From an uncultured Oscillospiraceae bacterium (lineage in GTDB: Bacteria > Bacillota > Clostridia > Oscillospirales > Oscillospiraceae), in contig CAZPRA010000002.1 of the NCBI GenBank assembly GCA_964588975.1, forward strand, positions 1-50,492: 50,492 nt of DNA, given 5' to 3'. The notes under the pieces are model-generated. The model searched no databases. It saw only the letters and a list, made by a program, of their open reading frames with translations, and was not told where the DNA came from. Positions 8,750-18,791 of this stretch are shown in pieces. The position numbers were made by a program, and so were the translations under genes. The number at the start of each line of letters is the position of its first letter. Within the stretch, counting starts at the first letter, position 1.

Positions 8750-9545
8750 GGACATCACGCTTGGCCAGTATTTCCCGGGCAACACGGTGGTGCACCGCCT
8801 TGACCCGCGCACGAAGATCCTTCTGGTGCTGGTTTATATTGTTGCGCTGTTTTTGTGCCGCTGGGTCTTTTCCTATGCGCTGGCGTTTGCGTTTCTGGCG
8901 CTTGCCGTTGCTTTGTCGCGCATTCGCCTGAAGGCGCTGTTCAAGGGGCTCAAGCCGCTTTTGCTGATCATTGTTTTTACCGCACTGATCAACCTTTTTT
9001 ATTCTGAGGGTGAGCCGCTTGTGGAATTCTGGATTTTCCGCATCACCCGTGAGGGCATCTGGAACGCCTGTTTCCTCGTTTTGCGCATTATGCTGCTGGT
9101 GATGGGTACCTTTTTGCTGACCTATACGACTTCGCCCATCGCCCTGACAGACGGAATTGAGTCTTTGCTCAAGCCGCTGAAGGTCGTTCATTTTCCCGTT
9201 CACGAGCTGGCGATGATGATGAGCATTGCCCTTCGGTTTATTCCAACGCTCATTGAGGAAACGGACAAAATCATCTCCGCGCAGAAGGCTCGCGGCGCAG
9301 ATTTTGAGACGGGTAATTTGTTTCGCCGCGCCAAAGCGCTCATTCCCATCCTCGTGCCACTTTTTGTCAGCGCTTTTCGCCGTGCGGATGAACTGGCCAC
9401 TGCCATGGAGTGCCGCTGCTACCACGGCGGCGAAGGCCGCACCAAAATGAAGCAGCTTCGCTTCCACGCGGCCGATACCGTAAGCTTGACCGTTGGCGCG
9501 TTGCTTTTGGCCGGAGTCATTGTTCTGCGGCAGTTTGGACTTTAG
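8742..9545 (+). CDS. ecfT: ECF transporter transmembrane component T
   Basis: ITLGQY..LDPRTK, IALRFIPTL, AQKARG, AMECRCY. Confidence 0.93.
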   Translation: MLKDITLGQYFPGNTVVHRLDPRTKILLVLVYIVALFLCRWVFSYALAFAFLALAVALSRIRLKALFKGLKPLLLIIVFTALINLFYSEGEPLVEFWIFRITREGIWNACFLVLRIMLLVMGTFLLTYTTSPIALTDGIESLLKPLKVVHFPVHELAMMMSIALRFIPTLIEETDKIISAQKARGADFETGNLFRRAKALIPILVPLFVSAFRRADELATAMECRCYHGGEGRTKMKQLRFHAADTVSLTVGALLLAGVIVLRQFGL

Positions 9546-9557
9546 TCGGAGGAACGC

Positions 9558-10346
9558 ATGAGAAACATTGCTCTTTGCCTGAAATATGACGGCTCACGCT
9601 ACCACGGCTGGCAGGTGCAGAAAAATGCCGTCACCGTTGCGCAGACCCTTCAGGATGCTGCCGCCCGGGTTTTGGGTCATCCGGTGCACATCACCGGTTG
9701 CGGCCGGACGGATGCCGGAGTTCATGCCCGGGTGTATGTGGCAAATTTCAGAACGGACGCCAGAATTCCCTGCGACCGTCTTCCGCTTGCGCTCAACACG
9801 CAGCTTCCGGAGGATATCGTGGTCTATGACGCGATGGAGGTTCATCCGGATTTCAACGCCATTGGCTCCTGCGTCCGAAAGGAATACACCTATCAAATCT
9901 ACAATTCCCGCCTGCGGGATCCTTTTTTCGTCAACCGCGCATGGTTCTATCCCAAGCACTTGGACGAAACGATCCTTCAGCAGGCGGCCAGCCAATTTGT
10001 TGGGACGCACGATTTTGCCGCAGTCCGTTCCGTTGGGACGGAGGTCAAATCGACCGTCCGCACGGTCTACCATTTTGATGTGGAACGGCAGGGCGAACTG
10101 CTCCTGTTTCGCGTCTGCGCCAACGGATTTCTATATAACATGGCGCGTGCTATGGTAGGCACTGCCGTCTATGCCGCCGAGGGCAAGATTGCGCCGGATG
10201 GCATCGGAGAAATATTAAACGGAAAAAACCGCACCGCCGCAGGACCCACGGTTCCGCCCGGCGGACTGTATATGACTCAGCTATGGTATGACGACGGAAA
10301 GCTTGCCTTTCACGTCGCTCCTGCCGGGAAGGAGATTATCCTGTGA
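9558..10346 (+). CDS. truA: tRNA pseudouridine(38-40) synthase
   Basis: YDGSRYHGWQ, GRTDAGVHA, NGFLYNM. Confidence 0.95.
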   Translation: MRNIALCLKYDGSRYHGWQVQKNAVTVAQTLQDAAARVLGHPVHITGCGRTDAGVHARVYVANFRTDARIPCDRLPLALNTQLPEDIVVYDAMEVHPDFNAIGSCVRKEYTYQIYNSRLRDPFFVNRAWFYPKHLDETILQQAASQFVGTHDFAAVRSVGTEVKSTVRTVYHFDVERQGELLLFRVCANGFLYNMARAMVGTAVYAAEGKIAPDGIGEILNGKNRTAAGPTVPPGGLYMTQLWYDDGKLAFHVAPAGKEIIL

Positions 10347-12616
10347 AACCAACGCTTTGCACACGCTGCAAAAAGAATGTTGCCGTGATTTTCATCACAA
10401 AGGTGGAAAACGGAAAAAGTACGAATGAAGGTCTGTGCCTGAAATGCGCCAAGGATCTGGGCATTAAGCAGGTGGATGAGATCGTTGAGCGCATGGGCAT
10501 TTCCGACGAGGAGCTTGACGGCTTTAACGAGGAAATGATGTCCATGATGGAGCCGGAAGATGACGATGAGGACGAGGTCGGCAGTCGCACGGCAACCTTC
10601 CCCAACATGAGCCGCCTGTTTGGAAGTTCATCTGGGCCGATCGTCCCCCGCGAGGAACCAAAGGAAAAGAGCACGCCACCTTCCGGAGAGAAGCAGAAAA
10701 GCAAAAAACATAAATTTTTGGACACCTATTGCCTGAATTTGACCGAAAAGGCCAGAAAAAATTCGCTGGACAAGATCATTGGCCGCGAAACGGAGACGGA
10801 ACGGGTGGTTCAAATTCTCAACCGCCGTCAGAAGAACAACCCCTGCCTGATCGGTGAGCCGGGCGTAGGCAAAACGGCTATCGCTGAGGGACTGGCGCAG
10901 CGAATTGTGGCCGGTGACGTACCTTTCAAACTGAAGGACAAGGAGGTTTATCTTCTCGACCTGACCTCCCTTGTGGCGGGCACTCAGTTCCGCGGACAGT
11001 TCGAAAGCCGCATGAAAAGCCTGATCACGGAGATCAAGGGCTGCGGCAATATCATTCTGGTGATTGATGAGGTGCATAATCTCGTCGGCGCAGGCGACGC
11101 CGAAGGCTCCATGAGCGCGGCAAATATTCTCAAGCCGGCTCTTTCGCGCGGCGAAATTCAGGTCATCGGCGCAACTACTTTTGCCGAATACCGCAAATAT
11201 ATTGAAAAAGACTCCGCACTTGAGCGCCGCTTCCAGCCCGTCACCGTGGCAGAACCCTCCTTGGAGGAAGCCATTTCCATCATCCGTGGCATCGCTCCTT
11301 ATTACGAGCTGTTCCATGGGGTCAAGGTATCTGCGGAAATGGCGCGTCAGGCCGTCATCCTCTCCGAGCGCTATATCACCGACCGTTTCCTGCCGGATAA
11401 GGCTATAGACCTGCTTGACGAAGCCTGCTCAGATCTGAATTTAAAGACCCGCGAGATTTCTCTTTTGGCAGAGAAGCGCAAGGAAAAAGCAGATTATGAG
11501 CTGGAAATCAAAATGCTCACCGAGGACACGGAGCACGAGAATTATGAGCGCTTGGCCACATTGCGCAGCAAGGTGCTCCGGCTGGAGCAGGAGATCGCCC
11601 AACTTGAGGCTATTCCCGCACCGCAGCTCACCATAGATAATCTTGCGCGGATCATTGAAATGTGGACGAAAATTCCAGCCAGCAAGATCCGCGCGCAGGA
11701 ATATGAGCAGCTTCGCTCTCTGAACGAAAAGCTCCGGCAGCATATTGTCGGTCAGGACGAGGCAATTGACGCCGTCTGCTCGGCAATTCGCCGCAACCGT
11801 GTGGGAATTTCCACCAAAAAGCACCCTGTTTCCTTCATTTTTGTGGGCTCTACGGGCGTCGGCAAAACGGAACTGGTCAAATGTCTTGCCAACGAGCTGT
11901 TTGACTCCGTCGATTCTCTTGTGCGGCTGGATATGTCCGAATATATGGAGCGCCACTCCGTTTCCAAACTGATTGGCTCTCCTCCGGGCTATGTTGGCTA
12001 TGACGAGGCGGGTCAGCTCACCGAAAAAATTCGCAGAAAGCCCTATTCCGTCATCTTGTTTGACGAGCTGGAAAAAGCGCACCCGGATGTGCTCAATGTT
12101 CTGCTGCAAATTCTGGACGACGGACGCATCACCGATGCGCAGGGTCGCGTTGTGAATTTCGAAAACACCGTGATCGTTATGACTTCGAATGCCGGCTCCG
12201 ACCGCAGAGACGGCGCCGTCGGCTTTGGCGGAAGCGTCTCACAGCAGGGCAGGGAAAAGGCGATGAAGGCTCTGCGGGAATTCCTGCGCCCGGAATTTAT
12301 CAACCGTGTGGATGAAATCATCTGCTTCAACCGCCTTTCCGAGGAGAATTTCCGCGGAATTGCGGCGATCATGCTTGGCGAGCTGAAGGACAATCTAAAT
12401 GAGCGGGGCATTCACCTTTTCTGGGACGAAAGCATTGTGGACTATCTGGTGAAGGAGTCATATTCGCTGACCTATGGTGCGCGAAATCTCCGGCGCACCA
12501 TCCAGCGCGAGCTGGAAGACGGCATTGCCGAACGAATTATCGACAGCTTCGAGGCGCCAATTTCCCAAATCAAGCTAACCGTGACCGACGGACGGGTTGA
12601 AATTCTGGCATTGTGA
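10343..12616 (+). CDS. ATP-dependent Clp protease ATP-binding subunit, ClpE-type N-terminal Zn finger
   Basis: CxxC...CxxC N-terminus, two AAA+ modules ([16 protein letters not shown]), short coiled-coil middle, VGF ClpP-docking loop. GTG start overlaps the truA stop. Confidence 0.9.
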   Translation: MKPTLCTRCKKNVAVIFITKVENGKSTNEGLCLKCAKDLGIKQVDEIVERMGISDEELDGFNEEMMSMMEPEDDDEDEVGSRTATFPNMSRLFGSSSGPIVPREEPKEKSTPPSGEKQKSKKHKFLDTYCLNLTEKARKNSLDKIIGRETETERVVQILNRRQKNNPCLIGEPGVGKTAIAEGLAQRIVAGDVPFKLKDKEVYLLDLTSLVAGTQFRGQFESRMKSLITEIKGCGNIILVIDEVHNLVGAGDAEGSMSAANILKPALSRGEIQVIGATTFAEYRKYIEKDSALERRFQPVTVAEPSLEEAISIIRGIAPYYELFHGVKVSAEMARQAVILSERYITDRFLPDKAIDLLDEACSDLNLKTREISLLAEKRKEKADYELEIKMLTEDTEHENYERLATLRSKVLRLEQEIAQLEAIPAPQLTIDNLARIIEMWTKIPASKIRAQEYEQLRSLNEKLRQHIVGQDEAIDAVCSAIRRNRVGISTKKHPVSFIFVGSTGVGKTELVKCLANELFDSVDSLVRLDMSEYMERHSVSKLIGSPPGYVGYDEAGQLTEKIRRKPYSVILFDELEKAHPDVLNVLLQILDDGRITDAQGRVVNFENTVIVMTSNAGSDRRDGAVGFGGSVSQQGREKAMKALREFLRPEFINRVDEIICFNRLSEENFRGIAAIMLGELKDNLNERGIHLFWDESIVDYLVKESYSLTYGARNLRRTIQRELEDGIAERIIDSFEAPISQIKLTVTDGRVEILAL

Positions 12617-12623
12617 TATAAAA

Positions 12624-12669
12624 GCGAACATCCGGCTGAGCATTTTGGCCGGATGTTCGTTGTACATTT
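12624..12669 (+). terminator. Probable terminator after clp
   Basis: GCGAACATCCGGC/GCCGGATGTTCGT stem with a weak T tail. Confidence 0.55.
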
Positions 12670-12686
12670 GACTACGAGGAATTAAA

Positions 12687-13469
12687 ATGATAAAAGCTGC
12701 ATTTTTTGATATTGACGGCACGCTGGTCAGCCTGAAAACCAAGCGTTGCCCGGAGTCTACCCGCCAAGCTATACCGGCTCTGCGCGCAAAGGGAATCAAA
12801 TGCTTTGTGGCCACCGGACGCTCCAAATTTGAGATTCGCTCCGAAAGACTGCTGGACGGTCTGGATTTTGACGGAGTTCTCACAAATAACGGTCAGGATG
12901 CCTATGACAGCGCCGGAAGGCTGCTTTATGGGAAACCGCTGGAACTATGTGAGGCAGAAGCCGTTTTGGAATGGGTCGAGAAACGGGGATGTGCCTGCTG
13001 GATGGTCGGTGGTGAGAAAAGCTGCCTGAATTTGGTCAATGAACGGGTCATTACCGCAATGGAGGCCATTCACACACACGTGCCGGAGACGGGTGATTTG
13101 CGGCAAATGCTCCATTCACCGGTTTATAAGATCGTCCTGTTCCTGACGAGAGCGGAAATGTCCGAACCAATGGCGCTGGCGCCGAGCAGCCGCATGACCC
13201 AATGGTACTCGCTGGGGCATGACCTGATCTCTCGCGATGGCGGAAAGCGCAATGCCATGCTGGATATTCTTTCGCGTTACAGTATTTCTCCAGCAGAGTG
13301 CATTGCCTTTGGTGACTCAGAAAACGATGTGGAAATGCTTCGTGCTGCCGGGATCGGAGTTGCAATGGGAAACGCCACGGTGGACTGTCAGGCTGCGGCA
13401 GACTATATCACGGCGGATTGTGACGAGGACGGAATTATCCTTGCTCTGCGCCATTTTCAAATTCTATAA
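12687..13469 (+). CDS. Cof-type HAD-IIB hydrolase
   Basis: FFDIDGTL, VATGRS, AFGDSENDVEM, GVAMGNA. Confidence 0.92.
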   Translation: MIKAAFFDIDGTLVSLKTKRCPESTRQAIPALRAKGIKCFVATGRSKFEIRSERLLDGLDFDGVLTNNGQDAYDSAGRLLYGKPLELCEAEAVLEWVEKRGCACWMVGGEKSCLNLVNERVITAMEAIHTHVPETGDLRQMLHSPVYKIVLFLTRAEMSEPMALAPSSRMTQWYSLGHDLISRDGGKRNAMLDILSRYSISPAECIAFGDSENDVEMLRAAGIGVAMGNATVDCQAAADYITADCDEDGIILALRHFQIL

Positions 13470-13480
13470 TTGATTGGAGG

Positions 13481-13519
13481 AAATTCCCTGCTTTCGCTGC
13501 GCGAAAGCAGGGAATTTTT
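13481..13519. terminator. Terminator between convergent genes, probably bidirectional
   Basis: 17-bp perfect stem AAATTCCCTGCTTTCGC/GCGAAAGCAGGGAATTT. Confidence 0.85.
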
Positions 13520-13534
13520 GCAAATTATACTGAA

Positions 13535-14029
13535 TTAAATCCGATGGGTGAGAATTCCGCGTTTGTCGTGAATGACGTTGCGGGGGCAGACCATGGCGCA
13601 GGCGCCGCAGGACAGACACTTATCGGAAAAGATAAAGGCACGGTTTTCCGAAACTTTGATGGCACCGGCGGGACAGGTCTTTTCGCAAAGACCGCAGCCA
13701 ATGCAGCTTACCTGACAGACATCCTTGCAGCGGGCGTCCTTGTTGGAGCACAGCACCACAATGGGGTTATCCTCCAGGCGAAGGTGAATGACCCTCTGAG
13801 GACACGCGCGGTAGCACGCACCGCAGCCGACGCACTTGCTCTCGTCGACCTCGGCAACACCATAGCAGTTCAGTGAGATCGCGCCGAATTTGCAAACGTC
13901 AATGCAGGTGCCGCAGCCGGTGCAGCCGTAGGAACAAAGGTCATAGCCCTCCGGAGAACGGTTGGCACGGCAACCGCCGTTACAGTGGACACAGGCGACC
14001 TTGGCGGGAAATTTTTTTCGTACGATCAT
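13535..14029 (-). CDS. 4Fe-4S polyferredoxin (RnfB-core-like)
   Basis: Four CxxCxxCxxxC motifs plus VACVHCNGG and VLCSN segments. Confidence 0.85.
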   Translation of the reverse strand: MIVRKKFPAKVACVHCNGGCRANRSPEGYDLCSYGCTGCGTCIDVCKFGAISLNCYGVAEVDESKCVGCGACYRACPQRVIHLRLEDNPIVVLCSNKDARCKDVCQVSCIGCGLCEKTCPAGAIKVSENRAFIFSDKCLSCGACAMVCPRNVIHDKRGILTHRI

Positions 14030-14049
14030 AAAAATACCCTCTTTCTACC

Positions 14050-16629
14050 TTACTTGCGCTCATAGGGCGTGCCCGACAGTGGCAAAGTGAAGCGACGCTC
14101 GCCGTCAAGACGGAAATAAGCATCTGCAATGGCCGGAGCGGTGGGAATGGACGTGATTTCGCCAATGCCGATGGCGCCGCAGGCAACCTTCAAGCCCGGC
14201 TTATCCACAACAATGGCCTTGATCGTCTGGGGAATTTCGTGCGCGCGGAACAGTCCCAGTTCGCCGTATTTTTCAATGGGCTTGCAGTTGCGGTCGATGG
14301 GATACTGCTCGCGAAGGGCATAGCCCATGGACATGACCACGCCGCCTTCGATCTGACCCTCGCATGACAGGGGATTGACGGCCTTGCCAACATCGTGAGC
14401 CGCAACAATGGACTCAATGTAGCCCGTGCGCTCGTTCAGGATGCACATCTGCGTTGCATAGCCATAGGCAACGTGAGAGACGGGATTGGGCACGTTGGCG
14501 CCCAGAGGATCGGTCTTGGCCAGATATTCTCCGTAGAATTCCTGACCGACAAGATCTGCCAGCGTCTTTCCAGCCATGGCCTCGTGCAGCTTCAAACAGG
14601 CACGTCTGCAAGCTTCGCCAGTGACCAGAGTTTGACGGGAACCGGAGGTATCGCCGGAATTGGGCGCGATCCAAGTGTTGCTGCGCTCATAAACAATATC
14701 CTCGCGGCGCAGATTGGTGTTGGAGATGATCATCTGAACCAGAACGGTGCCAAGCCCCTGACCGATGCAGCTTGCGCCGGAATAGATGTGCACTTTTTCA
14801 TCTTTTTCCACGATCAGCTTGCAGCGACCCCAGTCAGGAATGCCAACGCCGACGCCGGCGTTTTTCATTGCACAGGCAAGGCCAACGGGCTTGCCCTCGG
14901 CCAGCGCCTTATCGTAGTCTTCCTTGACGGCCTCCAAGGTTTCCACAAGGCCGGTGGAGTCGTCAACGATCTGGCCGTTCGGAAGAACACCGCCGGGACG
15001 GATGGCGTTGCGGTAGCGGATCTCCCAGGGAGTGATGCCGACAAGGTCGGCCATCATATTGAGAAGCGTCTCCGTGGCAAAACAGGTCTGTGTCACGCCA
15101 AAGCCGCGGAAGGCACCGGCAGGGGGATTGTTGGTGTAGTAAGCCGTGCCTTCAATCTCGAAATTTTCATAGGCATAAGGGCCGGCAGCGTGGGTGCAGG
15201 CACGCTCCAGAACAGGGCCGCCAAGAGAGGCAAACGCGCCTGTGTCAGAAGCGACCTTGGCCTTCACACCCATGATTTTGCCGTTTTCGTCGCAGCCCAT
15301 GGTGAAGTCCATGACAAAATGATGACGTTTCGGGTGCACCAGAAGCGATTCTTTTCTGGAAAGCTTCACCTTGACCGGGCGACCGGTGCAGTAAGTAATG
15401 AGTGCGGCATGGTGCTGGACGGACATATCCTCCTTGCCGCCAAAACCGCCACCAACGAGGGCGTTTTGCACCTTGACCTTGTCCGTACCCAGAAGCAGCG
15501 AACATTCGTGAAGCGTGGTGTGGGCGCTCTGGTCGGTGGAGATGATGAAGACGTCACCGTCAGAGTCCTTATAGGCAACGGCGCACTCGGGCTCTAAGAA
15601 GGCGTGCTCCGTCCACGGGGTTTCAAAGTGTTCGGAAAGGACATATTTGGAATTCCGGATGGCTTCTTCCGCATTGCCTCTGGAAACGTGCTTATAAGCC
15701 TGAACATTGCTCGTTTCCTCGTCAAAGACCAATGGCGCGTCCGGCGCGGCAGCGGCTTCGATGCTGTTGACAACGGGAAGAACTTCATAATCCACCTTGA
15801 CCAGCTTTTTGGCCTTTTCCAGCGTGGCCATGTCCTCGGCCACGACCAGCGCAATGGCGTCACCGAGATAGTGCGTCAAGCCGCCGACAGGAATCAGGGT
15901 ATACTGGTCATGCTTCAGATGACCGATTTTATTTTCGCCGGGGATGTCGTCGGCAGTCAGGACCGCAACGACGCCGGGCAGCTTCAGGGCATTGGAGGCG
16001 TCGATCGATTTGACCCGTGCGCGGGCATATTTGCTGCGCACGGCGCTGCCATAGCACATTCCATCCATATAAAAATCGTCAGGATATTTGCCAAAGCCGA
16101 GAACCTTTTCCTCAACGTCCAGACGGTGAACACGGGAACCAATTTTCCAATCCGTTGCAGAGGGCAGAGGTATTTTGCCGTCGCGGAAAATCTGACCCGC
16201 GAGGCGGATGGCGGCAATGATTTTCACATAGCCTGTGCAGCGGCAGAAGTTATTTCGAATGGCAAAGCGGATTTGCTCATCCGTCGGGTCAGCGCACTTG
16301 TCGAGCAGACTTTTGGCGCAAAGCACCATGCCGGGAATGCAAAAGCCGCACTGAACCGCACCTGCTTCGCCAAAGGCATAGACATAGACGGATTTTTCAA
16401 AATCGGACAGACCTTCCACCGTTAAAACGTGCTTGCCGTCGAGACAGTCGGTATCAGGAATACACGCCCGGCAGGGTTCTCCTTCGATCAAAACGGTGCA
16501 AGCACCGCAAGCACCCTCGCTGCAACCGTCTTTTGCAGACGTCAGGTGCATTTCATCCCGCAGAAAGCGCAGGAGCTTCATTTTTTTGCTCACGGTAACT
16601 TCCTTACCGTTCAGGGTAAAGGTGGACAT
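14050..16629 (-). CDS. xdh: Selenium-dependent xanthine dehydrogenase-type molybdenum hydroxylase (2Fe-2S and Moco domains fused)
   Basis: GCSEGACGAC, QCGFC, CRCTGY, GGGFGGKE, GAFRGFG, GQGLG, QIEGG, GIGEI. Confidence 0.85.
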   Translation of the reverse strand: MSTFTLNGKEVTVSKKMKLLRFLRDEMHLTSAKDGCSEGACGACTVLIEGEPCRACIPDTDCLDGKHVLTVEGLSDFEKSVYVYAFGEAGAVQCGFCIPGMVLCAKSLLDKCADPTDEQIRFAIRNNFCRCTGYVKIIAAIRLAGQIFRDGKIPLPSATDWKIGSRVHRLDVEEKVLGFGKYPDDFYMDGMCYGSAVRSKYARARVKSIDASNALKLPGVVAVLTADDIPGENKIGHLKHDQYTLIPVGGLTHYLGDAIALVVAEDMATLEKAKKLVKVDYEVLPVVNSIEAAAAPDAPLVFDEETSNVQAYKHVSRGNAEEAIRNSKYVLSEHFETPWTEHAFLEPECAVAYKDSDGDVFIISTDQSAHTTLHECSLLLGTDKVKVQNALVGGGFGGKEDMSVQHHAALITYCTGRPVKVKLSRKESLLVHPKRHHFVMDFTMGCDENGKIMGVKAKVASDTGAFASLGGPVLERACTHAAGPYAYENFEIEGTAYYTNNPPAGAFRGFGVTQTCFATETLLNMMADLVGITPWEIRYRNAIRPGGVLPNGQIVDDSTGLVETLEAVKEDYDKALAEGKPVGLACAMKNAGVGVGIPDWGRCKLIVEKDEKVHIYSGASCIGQGLGTVLVQMIISNTNLRREDIVYERSNTWIAPNSGDTSGSRQTLVTGEACRRACLKLHEAMAGKTLADLVGQEFYGEYLAKTDPLGANVPNPVSHVAYGYATQMCILNERTGYIESIVAAHDVGKAVNPLSCEGQIEGGVVMSMGYALREQYPIDRNCKPIEKYGELGLFRAHEIPQTIKAIVVDKPGLKVACGAIGIGEITSIPTAPAIADAYFRLDGERRFTLPLSGTPYERK

Positions 16630-16703
16630 TAGACATAACCCCTTTTCTTGTGCATTTATAACAAAACGAAATCCAAAAACGTCACTATTTTCACCATAAC
16701 CAC

Positions 16704-16732
16704 ATTATACAATAAAACGCTCCATCCTGCAA
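16704..16732 (-). promoter_or_regulatory. Sigma-A promoter for xdh
   Basis: TTGCAG-17 bp-TATAAT. Confidence 0.65.
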
Positions 16733-16744
16733 GGACAGAGCGTT
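16711..16744 (-). terminator. Terminator of the aro operon, overlapping the xdh promoter
   Basis: Minus-strand AACGCTCTGTCCT-TGC-AGGATGGAGCGTT then TTATT. Confidence 0.6.
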
Positions 16745-16859
16745 ATCTTTTTTCAAAAAAATCCGAAAAAAAGTCGCTGAACGGAAATAAATCAATCTAA
16801 CAGTGCAATTTGGTGTGAAAATTCCGCAATAGCGAACAATAATTGGAAATGCTGCACGA

Positions 16860-17297
16860 TTATAGCGCAGGTTTGCGCTCCTTCAGGTATTCCAGCGCCA
16901 TTTCATAGCCTGTAAAACCCTCACCCATGATGGTTTTTTCGCAGGCAGAGCGAACATAAGAACACTGCCGGAAATTCTCCCGGAGAGAAAGATCGCTCAA
17001 ATGTACCTCAACGGTTGGTAAGCCCACGGCCTTCAGAGCATCCAGAAGCGCAACCGAGGTGTGGGTATAGGCGGCGGGATTGATAACGATCGCGTCAAAT
17101 GTGCCAAGCGCCTGCTGGATCCAGTCGACCAGAACGCCTTCGTGGTTGCTCTGCCGGATCTCGACCTCCAGCCCAAGCGACAAAGCTTTCTTTTGTATTT
17201 GAGCTTCCAGCTCGGCGTAGGTTTTGCTGCCGTAAAGCTCCGGTTCGCGCAGCCCAAGCAGGTTCAGATTTGGGCCGTTCAGCACCAGTACTCTCAT
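16860..17297 (-). CDS. aroQ: Type II 3-dehydroquinate dehydratase
   Basis: LNGPNLNLLGLREPELYG, QSNHEG, INPAAYTHTS, VEVHLS. ATGA overlap with the upstream gene. Confidence 0.95.
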   Translation of the reverse strand: MRVLVLNGPNLNLLGLREPELYGSKTYAELEAQIQKKALSLGLEVEIRQSNHEGVLVDWIQQALGTFDAIVINPAAYTHTSVALLDALKAVGLPTVEVHLSDLSLRENFRQCSYVRSACEKTIMGEGFTGYEMALEYLKERKPAL

Positions 17298-18511
17298 TTC
17301 AGAACCTCCAGAATTTGTGTCACGGCGTCTTCCGGTGTGCCGCAATTTTCAACGGTGCACTGGCAAAAGCGCTCATAAAGCACCCTGCGTTTGCGGTAAA
17401 GCGCTTCTACGCCCTCGCGCCTGCTGATGGGTCGCCCTTCAGAGTGCAGGAGGGAAAGCGGGCGCTTAAGCCAGACGAGCGTTCCGTTTTGCCGCAGAAG
17501 ATCTCTGTTTTCTGCGCGGGTAACGCAGCCGCCGCCCGTGGCGATAACGCAGCCGGAGCGCTTACCAAGCGCCTTTAGCACTTCGGTTTCTTCCTGTCGG
17601 AAGGCAAGTTCCCCGTAACGCGTAAAAAAATCTTCAATCGAACAGCCGACGCGCCGGATGATCTCCTCGTCAGCGTCAAAAAAAGGTCTGCCAAGGCGCT
17701 GCGCCAGAAGCCTTCCAACGGTTGTTTTTCCGCAGCCGGGCATACCAATGAGAATGATGTTTTCCAAGTCTTTTTCGAGTTTACATAAAACCGAATTATT
17801 GCAACCTTCCGGCAATTTTCTGCCGCTGAACAACTCAGAGGCACGCACCGCCTGAGCCACCAGCATGGCAAGCCCACCCTGACAGTGTATTCCCAAATTC
17901 TCCGCGTCCAGCAGCAGCCGGGTACGCGCAGGATTATAAACAAGGTCTAGCACCAGCCGGAGCGTTGGGAACTGTTCCAGCGAAACAAGCCGCTCGCCGT
18001 TGTTTGGGTACATTCCGACCGGCGTGGCATTGATCAGCACGGAGGCGTCAGCGTGCAGGGACAAGTCGTCATAGCGTACAGGCCCCTTGCGTGAAACGGT
18101 CACGACCTGAGCCCCAGCGTCCTCCAAAACGCCGCAAACGGTGGCCGCAACACCACCGGAACCAAGGATGATGGCCTTTTCTCCGGCTCTGACGCCGCCA
18201 CAAAGCGCCAAAAGCCACGCAAAGCCGTCGTAGTCGGTGTTGTCTCCAAAGAGAGAGCCATCCTCGCGCCGGAGAAGCGTGTTGACGCTGCCAAGACGCC
18301 GGGCTTGCGGCGAAAGCGCCGCGCAGAAGGGGATGACGGTTTTTTTATAAGGTATCGTAACATTCAGGCCGTCAAAAGCGCCGCTTCGCAAAAAATCCGC
18401 CAGTTTTTCCGGCGCAACTTCAAAAAGCGAATAGGCATAATCGCCCAAAAGAGCATAAATTTTGGGAGAATGGCTGTGGGCAAGGGACTGCCCCAAAAGT
18501 CCGCAACGCAT
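17294..18511 (-). CDS. Bifunctional shikimate dehydrogenase / shikimate kinase (AroE-AroK fusion)
   Basis: HSHSP, NVTIPYK, NTDYDGF, DLVYNP, then IGMPGCGKTT, FRQEE, IATGGG. Confidence 0.9.
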   Translation of the reverse strand: MRCGLLGQSLAHSHSPKIYALLGDYAYSLFEVAPEKLADFLRSGAFDGLNVTIPYKKTVIPFCAALSPQARRLGSVNTLLRREDGSLFGDNTDYDGFAWLLALCGGVRAGEKAIILGSGGVAATVCGVLEDAGAQVVTVSRKGPVRYDDLSLHADASVLINATPVGMYPNNGERLVSLEQFPTLRLVLDLVYNPARTRLLLDAENLGIHCQGGLAMLVAQAVRASELFSGRKLPEGCNNSVLCKLEKDLENIILIGMPGCGKTTVGRLLAQRLGRPFFDADEEIIRRVGCSIEDFFTRYGELAFRQEETEVLKALGKRSGCVIATGGGCVTRAENRDLLRQNGTLVWLKRPLSLLHSEGRPISRREGVEALYRKRRVLYERFCQCTVENCGTPEDAVTQILEVLK

Positions 18512-18512
18512 C

Positions 18513-18791
18513 TTAGTCCTCCGCTCGCTCGGAAAAATGCTTCTGCTGATGGTCACGGCTCAGTTCAAAAATATTGGAATAGAGCGACGCAACATAGGGC
18601 TCTAACTCCTTCCGGGACAGCTTTTTGAGCTGCAAGAGCTTTTCATATTCGCGCTCAGGCTGAAAAACAGAAAGCCTCTGTGCCTGTTTGAGCCGACCGA
18701 TTTCGGCAGAAATATCCATCCGCTCTTGAAAGAGCGCCACGATTTGCTGGTCAATGGCGTCAATTTGATTCCTGTAATCCGTCAAGTCCAT
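18513..18791 (-). CDS. Stand-alone chorismate mutase (CM_2 family)
   Basis: RNQIDAIDQQIVALFQERM...IGRLK...PERE. Confidence 0.85.
   Translation of the reverse strand: MDLTDYRNQIDAIDQQIVALFQERMDISAEIGRLKQAQRLSVFQPEREYEKLLQLKKLSRKELEPYVASLYSNIFELSRDHQQKHFSERAED

Noticed and set aside
14050-16629. Selenocysteine recoding in xdh
   Set aside because: No in-frame TGA; this family uses a labile selenium cofactor.
18509-18515. Frameshifted chorismate mutase-AroE fusion
   Set aside because: The TAA-G-ATG junction has a GGAGG RBS and the same 1-nt spacing seen at other junctions in the operon, so it is ordinary translational coupling.
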